DNA of 21,450 nucleotides from a virus (taxonomy: Duplodnaviria > Heunggongvirae > Uroviricota > Caudoviricetes), in IMG/VR virus record IMGVR_UViG_3300029214_000123; one strand, written 5' to 3'. Below are positions 8,707-18,276 of the stretch, piece after piece. How positions within the stretch are numbered: the stretch's first letter is position 1; the number at the start of each line of letters is the position of its first letter. The notes beneath the pieces were generated by a model that did no database searches, was not told the DNA's origin, and was given only the letters and a program-made list of their open reading frames with translations. Position numbers and translations under genes: made by a program.

Positions 8707-8735
8707 TAAGCGAAACAGCACCGCAAGGAATCAGT

Positions 8736-8954
8736 ATGCAGAAACGAGAACCCGTTATCATCGCGCCAGACTATACCGATGATGAACTTTATGAGTGGAT
8801 GCACCAGAAAATTAATGCAGCGCAGGATCTGAAATGGGCTAATGAAGCCAGGGCTAAGCAGGCTGAAAATCTGTTCTCTCTGGAGCAGGATATCACCAAT
8901 CTGGAAAAAGCAGCGGCATTAAGCATTGCCAGAATGATTACATACCCGCGTTAA
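8736..8954 (+). CDS. ydfC: YdfC (72 aa)
   Basis: ORF MQKREPVIIAPDYTDDELYEWMHQKINAAQ... in the conserved ydfABC order. Confidence 0.8.
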   Translation: MQKREPVIIAPDYTDDELYEWMHQKINAAQDLKWANEARAKQAENLFSLEQDITNLEKAAALSIARMITYPR

Positions 8955-9294
8955 TAGCTAACCAACGAAGCTAAGGTTGGTAATTAAGGAGTTCTCCACG
9001 GGTGAGGTGGAGTGCGTGCGCCGGACACGGGTGAGCATCCGGCACTGACAGTTTACTGAAAGGATATTTCCCTGAAAAGTCAGACCATAACGCGAAAGCG
9101 CACGGCGAGGTAGCTGGTTCATAGATAGCCTGTCGTTAAATTTTCGTCGACCGTGCGCTTCCGGTTGTGGCAACCCGCGAAATGGCGCGGCGGTAAGTAT
9201 GGCGGGGTTATTCCTTCCCCGTTGAGGACACCGGGTTGTCAGGTTGACCATACGCTTAAGTGACAACCCCGCTGCAACGCCCTCTGTTATCAAT

Positions 9295-9352
9295 TTTCTG
9301 GTGACGTTTGGCGGTATCAGTTTTACTCCGTGACTGCTCTGCCGCCCTTTTT
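9295..9352 (+). ncRNA. dicF: DicF small RNA (antisense inhibitor of ftsZ translation) with intrinsic terminator
   Basis: tttctggtgacgtttggcggtatcagttttactccgtgactgctctgccgccc followed by ttttt matches DicF as I recall it; GC hairpin plus T-run at the 3' end. Confidence 0.85.
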
Positions 9353-9376
9353 AAAGTGAATTTTGTGATGCGGTGA

Positions 9377-9649
9377 ATGCGGCTAAGCGCACGCGGAACA
9401 GTTAAAACCAAAAACAGTGTTATGGGTGGATTCTCTGTATCCGAAGAGCAGTTAATTGCGCTGAAAGGAATAAAAAAAGGTACGTTAAAAAAGGCCCGGG
9501 AAAAATCGTTTATGGAAGGAAGGGAATATAAGCATGTCGCTCATGACGGTATGCCATGGGATAACAGTCCATGCTTTTACAACCTGGAAGAAATTGATCG
9601 CTGGATTGAGCGCCAGGCATCAGCAAGACCAAGACGTCATCTTACTTGA
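9377..9649 (+). CDS. Putative excisionase (lambda Xis-like); start codon uncertain
   Basis: ORF immediately upstream of int; segment EGREYKHVAHDGMPWD resembles the lambda Xis DGREYLFHESAVKVD region. No clear SD at any candidate start (9377, 9422, 9512). K-12 has dicB at this position, and no DicB-like protein is present here. Confidence 0.45.
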   Translation: MRLSARGTVKTKNSVMGGFSVSEEQLIALKGIKKGTLKKAREKSFMEGREYKHVAHDGMPWDNSPCFYNLEEIDRWIERQASARPRRHLT

Positions 9650-9683
9650 CTAAAAGCCACACTAACTAATGAGAGAAGTTGAA

Positions 9684-10964
9684 ATGAAATATCCGACAGG
9701 CGTGGAAAACCATGGAGGGAAATTACGTATCTGGTTTGTTTATAAAGGCGTAAGAGTCAGGGAAAACCTGGGGGTTCCTGACACAGCAAAAAACAGGCGC
9801 GTTGCAGGTGAGCTACGCGCCTCTGTTTGTTACGCAATAAAAACTGGTGTTTTCGACTATGCAAAACAGTTTCCCTCCTCACGCAATCTGGAAAAATTTG
9901 GTGAGACTCGACAAGATTTAACCATAAAAGAACTGGCTGAAAAATTTCTGGCACTGAAAGAAACTGAAGTCGCAAAAACATCACTCAACACATACCGTGC
10001 CGTCATCAAAAATATCCTGAGCATAATCGGTGAAAAAAATCTTGCCTCATCGATTAATAAAGAAAAATTACTGGAGGTTCGTAAAGAGCTACTGACTGGA
10101 TACCAGATCCCCAAAAGTAACTATATTGTTACACAACCAGGGAGATCGGCTGTAACTGTAAATAATTACATGACAAATCTTAACGCCGTGTTCCAGTTTG
10201 GTGTTGATAACGGTTACCTGGCAGATAACCCGTTTAAGGGGATCTCGCCATTAAAGGAATCAAGAACCATTCCGGATCCTCTTTCGCGGGAGGAATTCAT
10301 CCGTCTTATCGATGCGTGCAGAAATCAGCAAGCCAAAAATTTATGGTGTGTTTCTGTTTATACTGGCGTTCGCCCTGGTGAGCTGTGTGCACTTGGATGG
10401 GAGGACATAGATCTGAAAAATGGAACAATGATGATCAGGAGAAATTTAGCAAAAGACCGTTTCACGGTACCAAAAACACAGGCGGGAACCAATCGGGTCA
10501 TTCATCTTATTAAGCCAGCAATCGACGCTCTCCGGAGTCAGATGACATTAACGAGACTGAGCAAAGAGCATATCATTGATGTTCACCTCAGAGAGTATGG
10601 CAGAACAGAAAAACATAAATGCACCTTTGTTTTTCAACCTGAAGTGTCAGCGAGAGTAAAAAATTATGGTGACCATTTTACCGTTGACTCAATAAGGCAG
10701 ATGTGGGACGCAGCGATAAAACGTGCCGGACTCCGCCATCGAAAATCATATCAGTCGAGACATACTTATGCCTGCTGGTCGCTGACAGCTGGTGCTAATC
10801 CGGCATTTATAGCAAACCAGATGGGCCATGCAGATGCGCAAATGGTATTTCAGGTATACGGAAAATGGATGTCTGAAAACAATAATGCACAGGTAGCTTT
10901 GTTAAATACACAGTTAAGCGAGTTTGCCCCAACCATGCCCCATAACGAAGCAATGAAAAATTAA
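9684..10964 (+). CDS. Phage integrase (tyrosine recombinase), apparently intact
   Basis: 426-aa reading from the ATG at 9684 (track ORF 9669) with a C-terminal catalytic region carrying conserved R...HxxR...Y residues (...RHTYACW..., ...VYGKWM); last prophage gene before the chromosomal rspB. Confidence 0.85.
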   Translation: MKYPTGVENHGGKLRIWFVYKGVRVRENLGVPDTAKNRRVAGELRASVCYAIKTGVFDYAKQFPSSRNLEKFGETRQDLTIKELAEKFLALKETEVAKTSLNTYRAVIKNILSIIGEKNLASSINKEKLLEVRKELLTGYQIPKSNYIVTQPGRSAVTVNNYMTNLNAVFQFGVDNGYLADNPFKGISPLKESRTIPDPLSREEFIRLIDACRNQQAKNLWCVSVYTGVRPGELCALGWEDIDLKNGTMMIRRNLAKDRFTVPKTQAGTNRVIHLIKPAIDALRSQMTLTRLSKEHIIDVHLREYGRTEKHKCTFVFQPEVSARVKNYGDHFTVDSIRQMWDAAIKRAGLRHRKSYQSRHTYACWSLTAGANPAFIANQMGHADAQMVFQVYGKWMSENNNAQVALLNTQLSEFAPTMPHNEAMKN

Positions 10965-11151
10965 TTTAATATTTATCAAATAGTTGACACGTATGACTCT
11001 TGAAATCCATAAATTCAAGCGCAGTGCCCAGCCATCCCGATACTGCTGCTTTCACCAAATCCTTAGTGCTTCTTTCGTGTTTTTCTATTGTCATAATGGT
11101 TATCTCTAAAAAAGAGGTAAGATGCGTACTACTTACTCGCCGTTATTGGTA

Positions 11152-12171
11152 TTATTCAGAAAAAGTGAGTAAGACTTTGCAGCAATGTTTTTGATCCTGT
11201 TCAAATAAACTAATGGCATCAGCAACATGCTGGAAATCAAACGTATGGGTAATTAATTTTTCTGGTTTAATTAACCCTTTACTTAACCAGTCGATAACAA
11301 CCGGAAATTTATTTGCATTTAAGCGTGAAGAGAAAATAGAGAGTTCTTTTCCGGTAATTCCTTGCTGAATCACTTCAGACGGTTCACTGGAGAAGCCCAT
11401 CAATACAATACGTGCCGCTGGAGAAGCCAGCGTTACGGCCTCTTTCAGGATAGAAGGATGACAAGCCGCATCGATAATTAATGTCGGCTTGATGCCTTTT
11501 TCAGCGAAAATCTCGCCAAGCGGTGTCTGGCTGTTATTAATCGCCCAGTCTGCCCCGCTCTCTTTCGCTTTTTCCAGTCGTTCATCAATGCGATCGGCAA
11601 CAATCACATTTTTAACGTTATAGACGCCTTTTAATACCTGAACGATCGTCAGGCCGATTGGACCGGCACCATAAACCAGAACGGTATCATTTTCAGTCGG
11701 TTGACCATGACCGGTAACGTTAGCCGCAATGGTAAAAGGTTCGATCATCACCGCATATTGATCGGCCACTGCTTCAGGAATTTTCCACGCATTTTTTGCC
11801 GGAACCACGGCATATTCACTGAAACCACCGTCAGCGTGCACACCTAATACAGCAAGTGTCGTACAAACGTTCGGCTTACCTATAGAGCACGGATAGCAAT
11901 GCCCACAGCTGACCACCGGATCGACAGCAACGCGTTCACCGACTCTGGCGCTTTCCACACCTTCACCCACCGCATCAATGACGCCAAAGAATTCATGACC
12001 AATGACGCGCGGATATTTCGCAAAAGGATTATGCCCACGGTAAATATGGCTATCTGAACCACAAATTCCGGCAAGTTTCACTTTTACTCGTACTTCACCC
12101 GCTGACGGGGTGGGTATTTCACGTTCGATAATCGACAGTTGATTCGGTTTTTCAATTAAAATGCTTTTCAT
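11152..12171 (-). CDS. rspB: Starvation-sensing protein RspB (Zn-dependent alcohol dehydrogenase family)
   Basis: ORF matches RspB as I recall it from MKSILIEKPNQ... (ATG at 12171); GHE/Cys Zn-ligand motifs and GxGxxG NAD fold. Confidence 0.95.
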   Translation of the reverse strand: MKSILIEKPNQLSIIEREIPTPSAGEVRVKVKLAGICGSDSHIYRGHNPFAKYPRVIGHEFFGVIDAVGEGVESARVGERVAVDPVVSCGHCYPCSIGKPNVCTTLAVLGVHADGGFSEYAVVPAKNAWKIPEAVADQYAVMIEPFTIAANVTGHGQPTENDTVLVYGAGPIGLTIVQVLKGVYNVKNVIVADRIDERLEKAKESGADWAINNSQTPLGEIFAEKGIKPTLIIDAACHPSILKEAVTLASPAARIVLMGFSSEPSEVIQQGITGKELSIFSSRLNANKFPVVIDWLSKGLIKPEKLITHTFDFQHVADAISLFEQDQKHCCKVLLTFSE

Positions 12172-12182
12172 TACCTTACTCC

Positions 12183-13397
12183 TTACCAGTTCCACAGCGT
12201 GCCATCTTCCAGACGTGCGACTGGCAGATAAGCAGGTTCATAGGGATATTTCGCCGCCAGCTTTTCATCGAATTCGATGCCAAGACCCGGTTTGTCTCCC
12301 GGATGCATATAGCCGTTATCGAAAGTCCAGTTGTGCGGGAAGACTTCGAGCATTTGTTCGGAATAACCCATGTACTCCTGGACACCGAAATTGGGGACCC
12401 ACAGATCAAAGTGCAGCGCCGCAGCCATGCAGACTGGTGACAAATCGGAAGGACCGTGTGAGCCAGTACGTACCTGATACAGCGAAGCAAAATCGGCAAT
12501 CCGGCGCATACCGGTAATTCCGCCTGCATGGGTCAGCGTGGTGCGGATATAATCGATGAGTTGCTCTTCAATCAGTTGTTTGCAGTCCCAGATGCTGTTG
12601 AAGACTTCACCCACTGCGATGGGTGTGACGGTATGTTGGCGAATGAGACGGAAGCATTCCTGGTTTTCCGCAGGCGTCGGGTCTTCCATCCAGAACATGC
12701 GATAATCTTCAATGCTTTTACCAAAGCGCGCCGCTTCAATAGGCGTTAAGCGATGGTGCATGTCATGCAGCAAATGTTCATTAAAACCAAACTTGTTACG
12801 TACCGCGTCAAACAATTTCGGCATGAAATCGAGGTATTTCTCCGTCGACCACAGCTGCTCTTCCGGCCACTGTCCTTTGGTTGCGGGTTCATAAGCCAGA
12901 CCTTTACCTTTCGACATGCCGTAGGTGGTTTTCATACCAGGGATTCCGCACTGCACGCGGATGGCTTTGAATCCCAGCTCCTGATGACGGGCATAATCAT
13001 CCAGAGCTTCATCAATACTGTGACCGGTGGTATGGCAATAAACCATCACCCCTTCACGAGACGCGCCGCCGAGTAACTGGTAAAGCGGCATGTTGGCAGC
13101 TTTGGCTTTAATATCCCACAGCGCCATATCAACCGCTGAAATGGCCGACATCGTAACCGGACCGCGACGCCAGTAAGCACCTTTATAGAAAAACTGCCAG
13201 ATATCTTCGATACGGTGCGCATCGCGACCAATAAGCTGCGGACAAAGGTGATCCTGCAAATAAGAGGCCACGGAAAGCTCACGTCCATTGAGGGTGGCAT
13301 CCCCAAGGCCCGTAATACCGTCCTCAGTGGTGATTTTTAATGTGACGAAATTACGCCCCGGACAGGTAACAAAAACTTCAGCCTTTACGATCTTCAT
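12183..13397 (-). CDS. rspA: Starvation-sensing protein RspA (mannonate dehydratase / enolase superfamily)
   Basis: ORF matches RspA as I recall it from [17 protein letters not shown]... (ATG at 13397; the track ORF extends further upstream to 13430). Confidence 0.95.
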
Positions 13398-13602
13398 GTT
13401 CGATTCCTTGCATCGCTTGTCGTGATGCATGAAATCTACGCAACTGAGCTACTACCATACAAGTATGAAGATCGAAAAAAGCCGGAGTGATCACAAAAAA
13501 AGGCGTATATTTGCGCTGTGAATGGTTGACAAAAGATGAAATAGAATACCTTTTGTCAGCTGACACTTCCTCTTATCTTATTGATAAAATGGATTTATGT
13601 TC

Positions 13603-13929
13603 CTACGTGCGCCCCCAGCCCGCAACAATGATCAACATGCCGCAAAGCGCAATCAACGCACCCGTCCAGTCATAAAGAGTCAGTTTCACGCCATCCACAA
13701 CGCGCAGCCACATCAACGCCGTGCAGACATAAACGCCACCATAAGCCGCGTAAACACGCCCACTCGCCGCTGGATGCAACGTTAACAACCAGACAAACAG
13801 CGCCAGTGAAATCCCCGCCGGAAGCAACAGCCAGATACTGGCGTTTCGTTTTAACCACAACCAGGGCAGAAAGCATCCAATAATTTCACACAGCGCAGTA
13901 GCAAAAAATAGTAACGTTGTTTTAATCAT
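13603..13929 (-). CDS. ynfA: YnfA, UPF0060 family inner-membrane protein
   Basis: Multi-[31 protein letters not shown]... from the ATG at 13929. Confidence 0.9.
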
Positions 13930-14063
13930 CTTTGTCACTTATTGACATCATGTATAGTTATAGGGCGACATAATATCATCAATATAAACACCCTCCTGGT
14001 ACGTTTTGCGTTCGCAGTGGATGGTGTAGAATCTCCTTTAATCATTCATACAGGGAATGAATT

Positions 14064-14405
14064 ATGAAAATCACTCTCAGCAAACGAATCGGCCTGCTCG
14101 CTTTTCTGCTGCCTTGCGCACTGGCACTGAGCACAACTGTTCATGCCGAAACTAACAAACTGGTGATTGAGTCTGGCGACAGTGCACAAAGCCGCCAGCA
14201 CGCCGCTATGGAAAAAGAGCAATGGAATGACACGCGCAATCTGCGTCAGAAAGTGAATAAACGCACTGAAAAAGAGTGGGATAAAGCCGACGCCGCTTTT
14301 GATAACCGCGATAAATGTGAGCAAAGCGCCAACATCAATGCCTACTGGGAGCCAAATACTTTGCGCTGCCTGGACCGTCGAACTGGCCGCGTTATTACCC
14401 CCTAA
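14064..14405 (+). CDS. ynfB: YnfB, UPF0482 family secreted protein
   Basis: 113-aa ORF with an N-terminal signal peptide ([28 protein letters not shown]). Confidence 0.9.
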
Positions 14406-14439
14406 CCTGTTATTGATTTAAGGAATGTAAGGACACGTT

Positions 14440-15000
14440 ATGCCAAGCGCCCACAGTGTTAAGCTACGCCCGCTGGAGCGTGAAGATTTACGCTATGTAC
14501 ATCAACTCGACAATAACGCCAGTGTGATGCGTTACTGGTTTGAGGAACCCTACGAAGCCTTTGTTGAACTCTCTGATCTGTATGATAAGCATATTCACGA
14601 TCAGAGCGAACGGCGCTTTGTGGTGGAATGTGACGGCGAAAAAGCCGGTCTGGTGGAGCTGGTGGAAATTAACCATGTACATCGCCGGGCAGAATTTCAG
14701 ATAATTATCTCCCCGGAGTATCAGGGGAAAGGTCTGGCAACCCGTGCCGCCAAATTAGCAATGGACTATGGCTTTACCGTTCTCAATCTCTATAAGCTGT
14801 ATCTGATCGTTGATAAAGAGAATGAAAAAGCGATTCACATTTACCGCAAGCTTGGCTTTTCGGTTGAAGGTGAATTGATGCACGAGTTCTTTATTAATGG
14901 TCAATATCGTAATGCCATTCGCATGTGTATATTCCAGCATCAGTATCTGGCAGAGCACAAAACACCGGGTCAGACTCTCCTGAAGCCGACCGCACAATAG
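14440..15000 (+). CDS. speG: Spermidine N1-acetyltransferase SpeG (GNAT family)
   Basis: 186-aa [44 protein letters not shown]... matches SpeG as I recall it. Confidence 0.95.
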   Translation: MPSAHSVKLRPLEREDLRYVHQLDNNASVMRYWFEEPYEAFVELSDLYDKHIHDQSERRFVVECDGEKAGLVELVEINHVHRRAEFQIIISPEYQGKGLATRAAKLAMDYGFTVLNLYKLYLIVDKENEKAIHIYRKLGFSVEGELMHEFFINGQYRNAIRMCIFQHQYLAEHKTPGQTLLKPTAQ

Positions 15001-15002
15001 CA

Positions 15003-15713
15003 TTAATAATAATCGATCGTATTTTTGATGGTGTAAACCCGTTCGACGGCGGGTTTTACTCCTTCATCAACAATGATTAGCTGACAGTCCACCGGATTAG
15101 CGTGACTGTCATATTCACAGCTCTGTTTTACATTACCAACCCGTTGATTATTCAGTAAAGTAACCGCTGTGTAATCTAATTTTTTGATCGGATCCGTTGA
15201 TGGCGTGGCGCTGACAGATAATGTTTTGTCGTTACTTTTCGTGGTTTTACCCAGCGGATAACCCTGATCATCATAGCGATATTCCATCTGCATTTGTTTG
15301 CTGCTGGCTTTAATCACGAAGCCATTATCATCGGTTTCCCAACTCACCCCGGCAGAAGGTAATTCTGCTAGCTGGCATTTTCCCTGTAAACGTACTCTCT
15401 TCTCCAGCGTCTCGGCATCACGGTAATAATTGGCGTCCAGTACCAGAGCGACCACGGTATTATTTTCCAGATCCAGTAATTCGAGTGAATCAAAACAGCC
15501 TTCTTCCGACAAAGTCCCAGAAACACGTTTCGTCACTTCACCTTGCTCATCCATTAATGTCTGAGTGAAATCTTTTACCGGACCACGCAGCGGATCAAAA
15601 TCGAATTCATTAGAGAAACTGGCCATCTCAGGGGTAAATGAAAGTGTTACCTCTGTGCGGTCACATCCTGTGAGGAATATCGCGAGTAAGCATGGTAGTA
15701 ATTTGTATTTCAC
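15003..15713 (-). CDS. ynfC: YnfC, UPF0257 family lipoprotein; GTG start
   Basis: Sequence from (V/M)KYKLLPCLLAIFLTGC (lipobox LTGC) matches YnfC as I recall it; that position is a GTG at 15713-15711, and the track ORF extends upstream to an ATG at 15749. Confidence 0.85.
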   Translation of the reverse strand: MKYKLLPCLLAIFLTGCDRTEVTLSFTPEMASFSNEFDFDPLRGPVKDFTQTLMDEQGEVTKRVSGTLSEEGCFDSLELLDLENNTVVALVLDANYYRDAETLEKRVRLQGKCQLAELPSAGVSWETDDNGFVIKASSKQMQMEYRYDDQGYPLGKTTKSNDKTLSVSATPSTDPIKKLDYTAVTLLNNQRVGNVKQSCEYDSHANPVDCQLIIVDEGVKPAVERVYTIKNTIDYY

Positions 15714-15820
15714 AACAGTCACCAGAGAGTAGAGATGATTCTCAATCATAGTAGCAAATACAGTACTTTACACGTTAAATGCTATGCTTAAAGAAGTTAT
15801 CTTCGCGTAAGGAGCTTATG

Positions 15821-16126
15821 ATGAAACTCTCAACCTGCTGTGCCGCGCTTCTGCTCGCCCTCGCCTCACCCGCGGTACTCGCCGCGCCGGGATCCTGTGA
15901 GCGCATACAGAGCGATATATCACAGCGCATTATCAATAATGGCGTACCCGAAAGCAGCTTCACGTTAAGTATTGTACCCAATGACCAGGTTGATCAGCCT
16001 GATTCCCAGGTCGTCGGGCATTGTGCTAATGATACGCATAAAATTCTCTACACCCGCACCACCAGCGGTAACGTCTCTGCTCCCGCGCAGTCTACCCAGG
16101 ATGGCGCGCCTGCCGAACCGCAGTAA
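15821..16126 (+). CDS. ynfD: YnfD, secreted DUF1161-like protein
   Basis: MKLSTCCAALLLALASPAVLA signal peptide; the ATG at 15821 is 6 nt after an aaggag SD (track ORF starts upstream at 15779). Confidence 0.85.
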   Translation: MKLSTCCAALLLALASPAVLAAPGSCERIQSDISQRIINNGVPESSFTLSIVPNDQVDQPDSQVVGHCANDTHKILYTRTTSGNVSAPAQSTQDGAPAEPQ

Positions 16127-16142
16127 TACATTATCGACTGAA

Positions 16143-16165
16143 CGCCGGATACGACACATCCGGCG
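16143..16165. repeat. REP-like GC-rich hairpin downstream of ynfD
   Basis: cgccggat-acgacac-atccggcg stem-loop resembling enterobacterial REP/PU elements; no T-run follows. Confidence 0.4.
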
Positions 16166-16324
16166 ATTTGAACATACAACATAATCCCACCTTATTACTC
16201 ATACCCTTCTATTGATATGGATTAATAATTCTTAACCCAAAATGGGTAGACTCCCTCTATTGTTAGCGCGCTAAATATTCAATATATAAACATTTATATA
16301 ACGATAAAGAACAGGGAGTGAGTT

Positions 16325-17734
16325 ATGTCCAAAAATGACCGAATGGTGGGCATCAGCCGCAGAACACTCGTTAAATCAACCGCGATAGGTTCTCTGGCGC
16401 TGGCTGCAGGCGGTTTTTCTTTACCGTTCACCCTGCGCAGTGCAGCGGCAGCGGTACAACAGGCCAGCGAAAAAGTGATCTGGGGTGCCTGTTCCGTCAA
16501 CTGTGGTAGCCGCTGTGCACTTCGTCTACATGTTAAAGATAATGAAGTCACCTGGGTGGAAACTGACAACACCGGCAGCGACGAGTATGGCAATCATCAA
16601 GTACGCGCCTGTTTGCGTGGTCGATCCATCCGCCGGCGTATTAATCATCCCGATCGCTTGAATTACCCAATGAAACGCGTGGGTACACGCGGTGAAGGCA
16701 AATTCGAACGGATTAGCTGGGATGAAGCCCTGGATACTATCGCCAGTAGCCTGAAAAAAACCGTCGAACAATATGGCAATGAGGCTGTATATATTCAGTA
16801 CTCTTCGGGGATTGTTGGCGGCAATATGACCCGCTCTTCGCCATCAGCCTCGGCGGTCAAACGCCTGATGAACTGCTACGGCGGTTCACTCAATCAGTAT
16901 GGCTCCTACAGCACCGCGCAAATTTCCTGTGCCATGCCCTACACCTACGGCAGTAATGATGGCAACAGCACCACGGATATTGAAAACAGCAAGCTGGTCG
17001 TGATGTTTGGTAACAACCCGGCAGAAACCCGCATGAGCGGCGGTGGCATCACTTATCTTCTTGAAAAAGCGCGCGAGAAATCGAACGCCAAAATGATTGT
17101 TATCGATCCGCGATATACCGATACGGCTGCCGGTCGTGAAGACGAATGGCTCCCTATTCGCCCGGGCACCGATGCCGCGCTGGTTGCGGGTATTGCCTGG
17201 GTATTGATTAACGAAAATCTCGTTGATCAACCTTTTCTCGATAAATACTGCGTCGGCTATGACGAAAAAACCTTACCCGCAGATGCACCCAAAAATGGTC
17301 ACTATAAAGCCTATATTCTTGGTGAAGGTGACGATAAAACAGCGAAAACGCCGCAGTGGGCTTCGCAAATTACCGGTATCCCGGAGGACCGTATCATCAA
17401 ACTGGCGCGTGAAATTGGCACAGCAAAACCCGCTTATATCTGCCAGGGCTGGGGGCCGCAACGCCAGGCAAACGGCGAACTGACTGCACGCGCTATTGCT
17501 ATGTTACCTATTTTGACGGGCAATGTCGGCATCAGCGGCGGAAATAGTGGCGCGCGTGAATCGACCTATACCATTACCATAGAACGCCTGCCGGTGCTGG
17601 ATAATCCGGTCAAAACGTCAATCTCCTGCTTCAGCTGGACAGATGCTATCGATCATGGTCCGCAAATGACGGCAATCCGCGACGGCGTCCGCGGCAAAGA
17701 TAAACTGGATGTGCCCATTAAGTTCATCTGGAAC
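16325..17734 (+). pseudogene. ynfE: ynfE 5' fragment (Tat-exported DMSO/selenate reductase-family molybdoenzyme catalytic subunit), cut after codon ~470 by foreign DNA
   Basis: Tat signal (SRRTLVKSTAIGSLALAAG), 4Fe-4S Cys motif (CSVNCGSRCALR), YnfE/DmsA-like sequence up to ...DVPIKFIWN. The remaining ORF tail (FKDLKRTLSRPEVLH, stop at 17782) does not continue as YnfE/DmsA, and the full protein should be roughly 800 aa. Confidence 0.85.
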
Positions 17735-17790
17735 TTCAAGGACTTGAAGCGGACCCTTAGTAGGCCTGAGGTCCTGCATTGAGTCAAGGA

Positions 17791-17824
17791 CTTTGTGTCA
17801 GGCTTTGTGTCAGCCTTGTGTCAT
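17791..17824. repeat. Three tandem copies of an ~11-bp repeat (ctttgtgtcag variants) in the foreign-segment terminal region
   Basis: ctttgtgtcagg / ctttgtgtcagc / cttgtgtcat in direct tandem; followed by a tagacgg ... tagacgg direct repeat (17825-17844). Confidence 0.6.
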
Positions 17825-17976
17825 TAGACGGGATGTCTAGACGGCTGGTCAGGACCCCCGGTGGCCTCGGTCTGGACTTGAGGCGGGGCTATGGGGGGAA
17901 GTCTGCTGGCTTAATGTATTAGATGGTCATTCACATTTTTCTGTCAGAAACCATCGGTCCCACTGTGAGTCCAAAC

Positions 17977-18132
17977 CTAAGGACCTAGAAGTCCACCCAC
18001 AGCCTTAGACAGAGTGTCGAACACATCCACACCGAGTCGACCAGAGAGGACCATATAGAGACCCACAGAGAGGAACACGAGTTTATAGACCAGAGTCAGG
18101 AGGGACCTTAGGTCTGCGGAAGTCATAGACAT
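17977..18132 (-). CDS. Small (51 aa) membrane protein, holin-like or phage small membrane protein; missed by the ORF track (<60 aa)
   Basis: Hand translation MSMTSADLRSLLTLVYKLVFLSVGLYMVLSGRLGVDVFDTLSKAVGGLLGP; strong SD GAAGGAGG 5 nt upstream of the ATG at 18132; one predicted TM helix; same strand as the neighbouring phage-like genes. Confidence 0.55.
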   Translation of the reverse strand: MSMTSADLRSLLTLVYKLVFLSVGLYMVLSGRLGVDVFDTLSKAVGGLLGP

Positions 18133-18276
18133 TGGGTCCTCCTTCGCCTGTATACTACCATACCAGTAATAAGGCCCAGACCATTGGTCCAGACCATAGT
18201 TAGTTAATCACAGTGATAGCCCACCACCTGAAGTCCTGCTGATATTCAGTCCAGACTTACCTCTTACCCATTGGTC

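Noticed and set aside
9377-9649. dicB division inhibitor downstream of dicF
   Set aside because: The ORF at this position shows no resemblance to DicB as I recall it and looks Xis-like instead.
9757-10114. Minus-strand ORFs 9757..9984 and 9857..10114 inside int
   Set aside because: Antisense to the integrase gene.
12161-13306. ORFs 12161..12517, 12176..12529, 12528..12749, 12712..12894, 12753..13076 and 13046..13306 overlapping rspA
   Set aside because: Alternative-frame or antisense ORFs inside a well-conserved gene; no RBS and unlikely composition.
16294-17483. ORFs 16294..16593, 16526..16771, 16886..17230, 17223..17483 and 17273..17461 overlapping ynfE
   Set aside because: Antisense or out-of-frame ORFs within the ynfE coding region.
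17735-17782. C-terminal extension of the ynfE ORF (FKDLKRTLSRPEVLH)
   Set aside because: This is read-through into foreign DNA after the junction, not part of YnfE; the true protein should continue for roughly 340 more residues of DmsA-like sequence.
17791-17844. Possible CRISPR array in the tandem-repeat region
   Set aside because: Repeats are only ~11 bp, directly adjacent with no spacers, and only three copies; no cas genes nearby.
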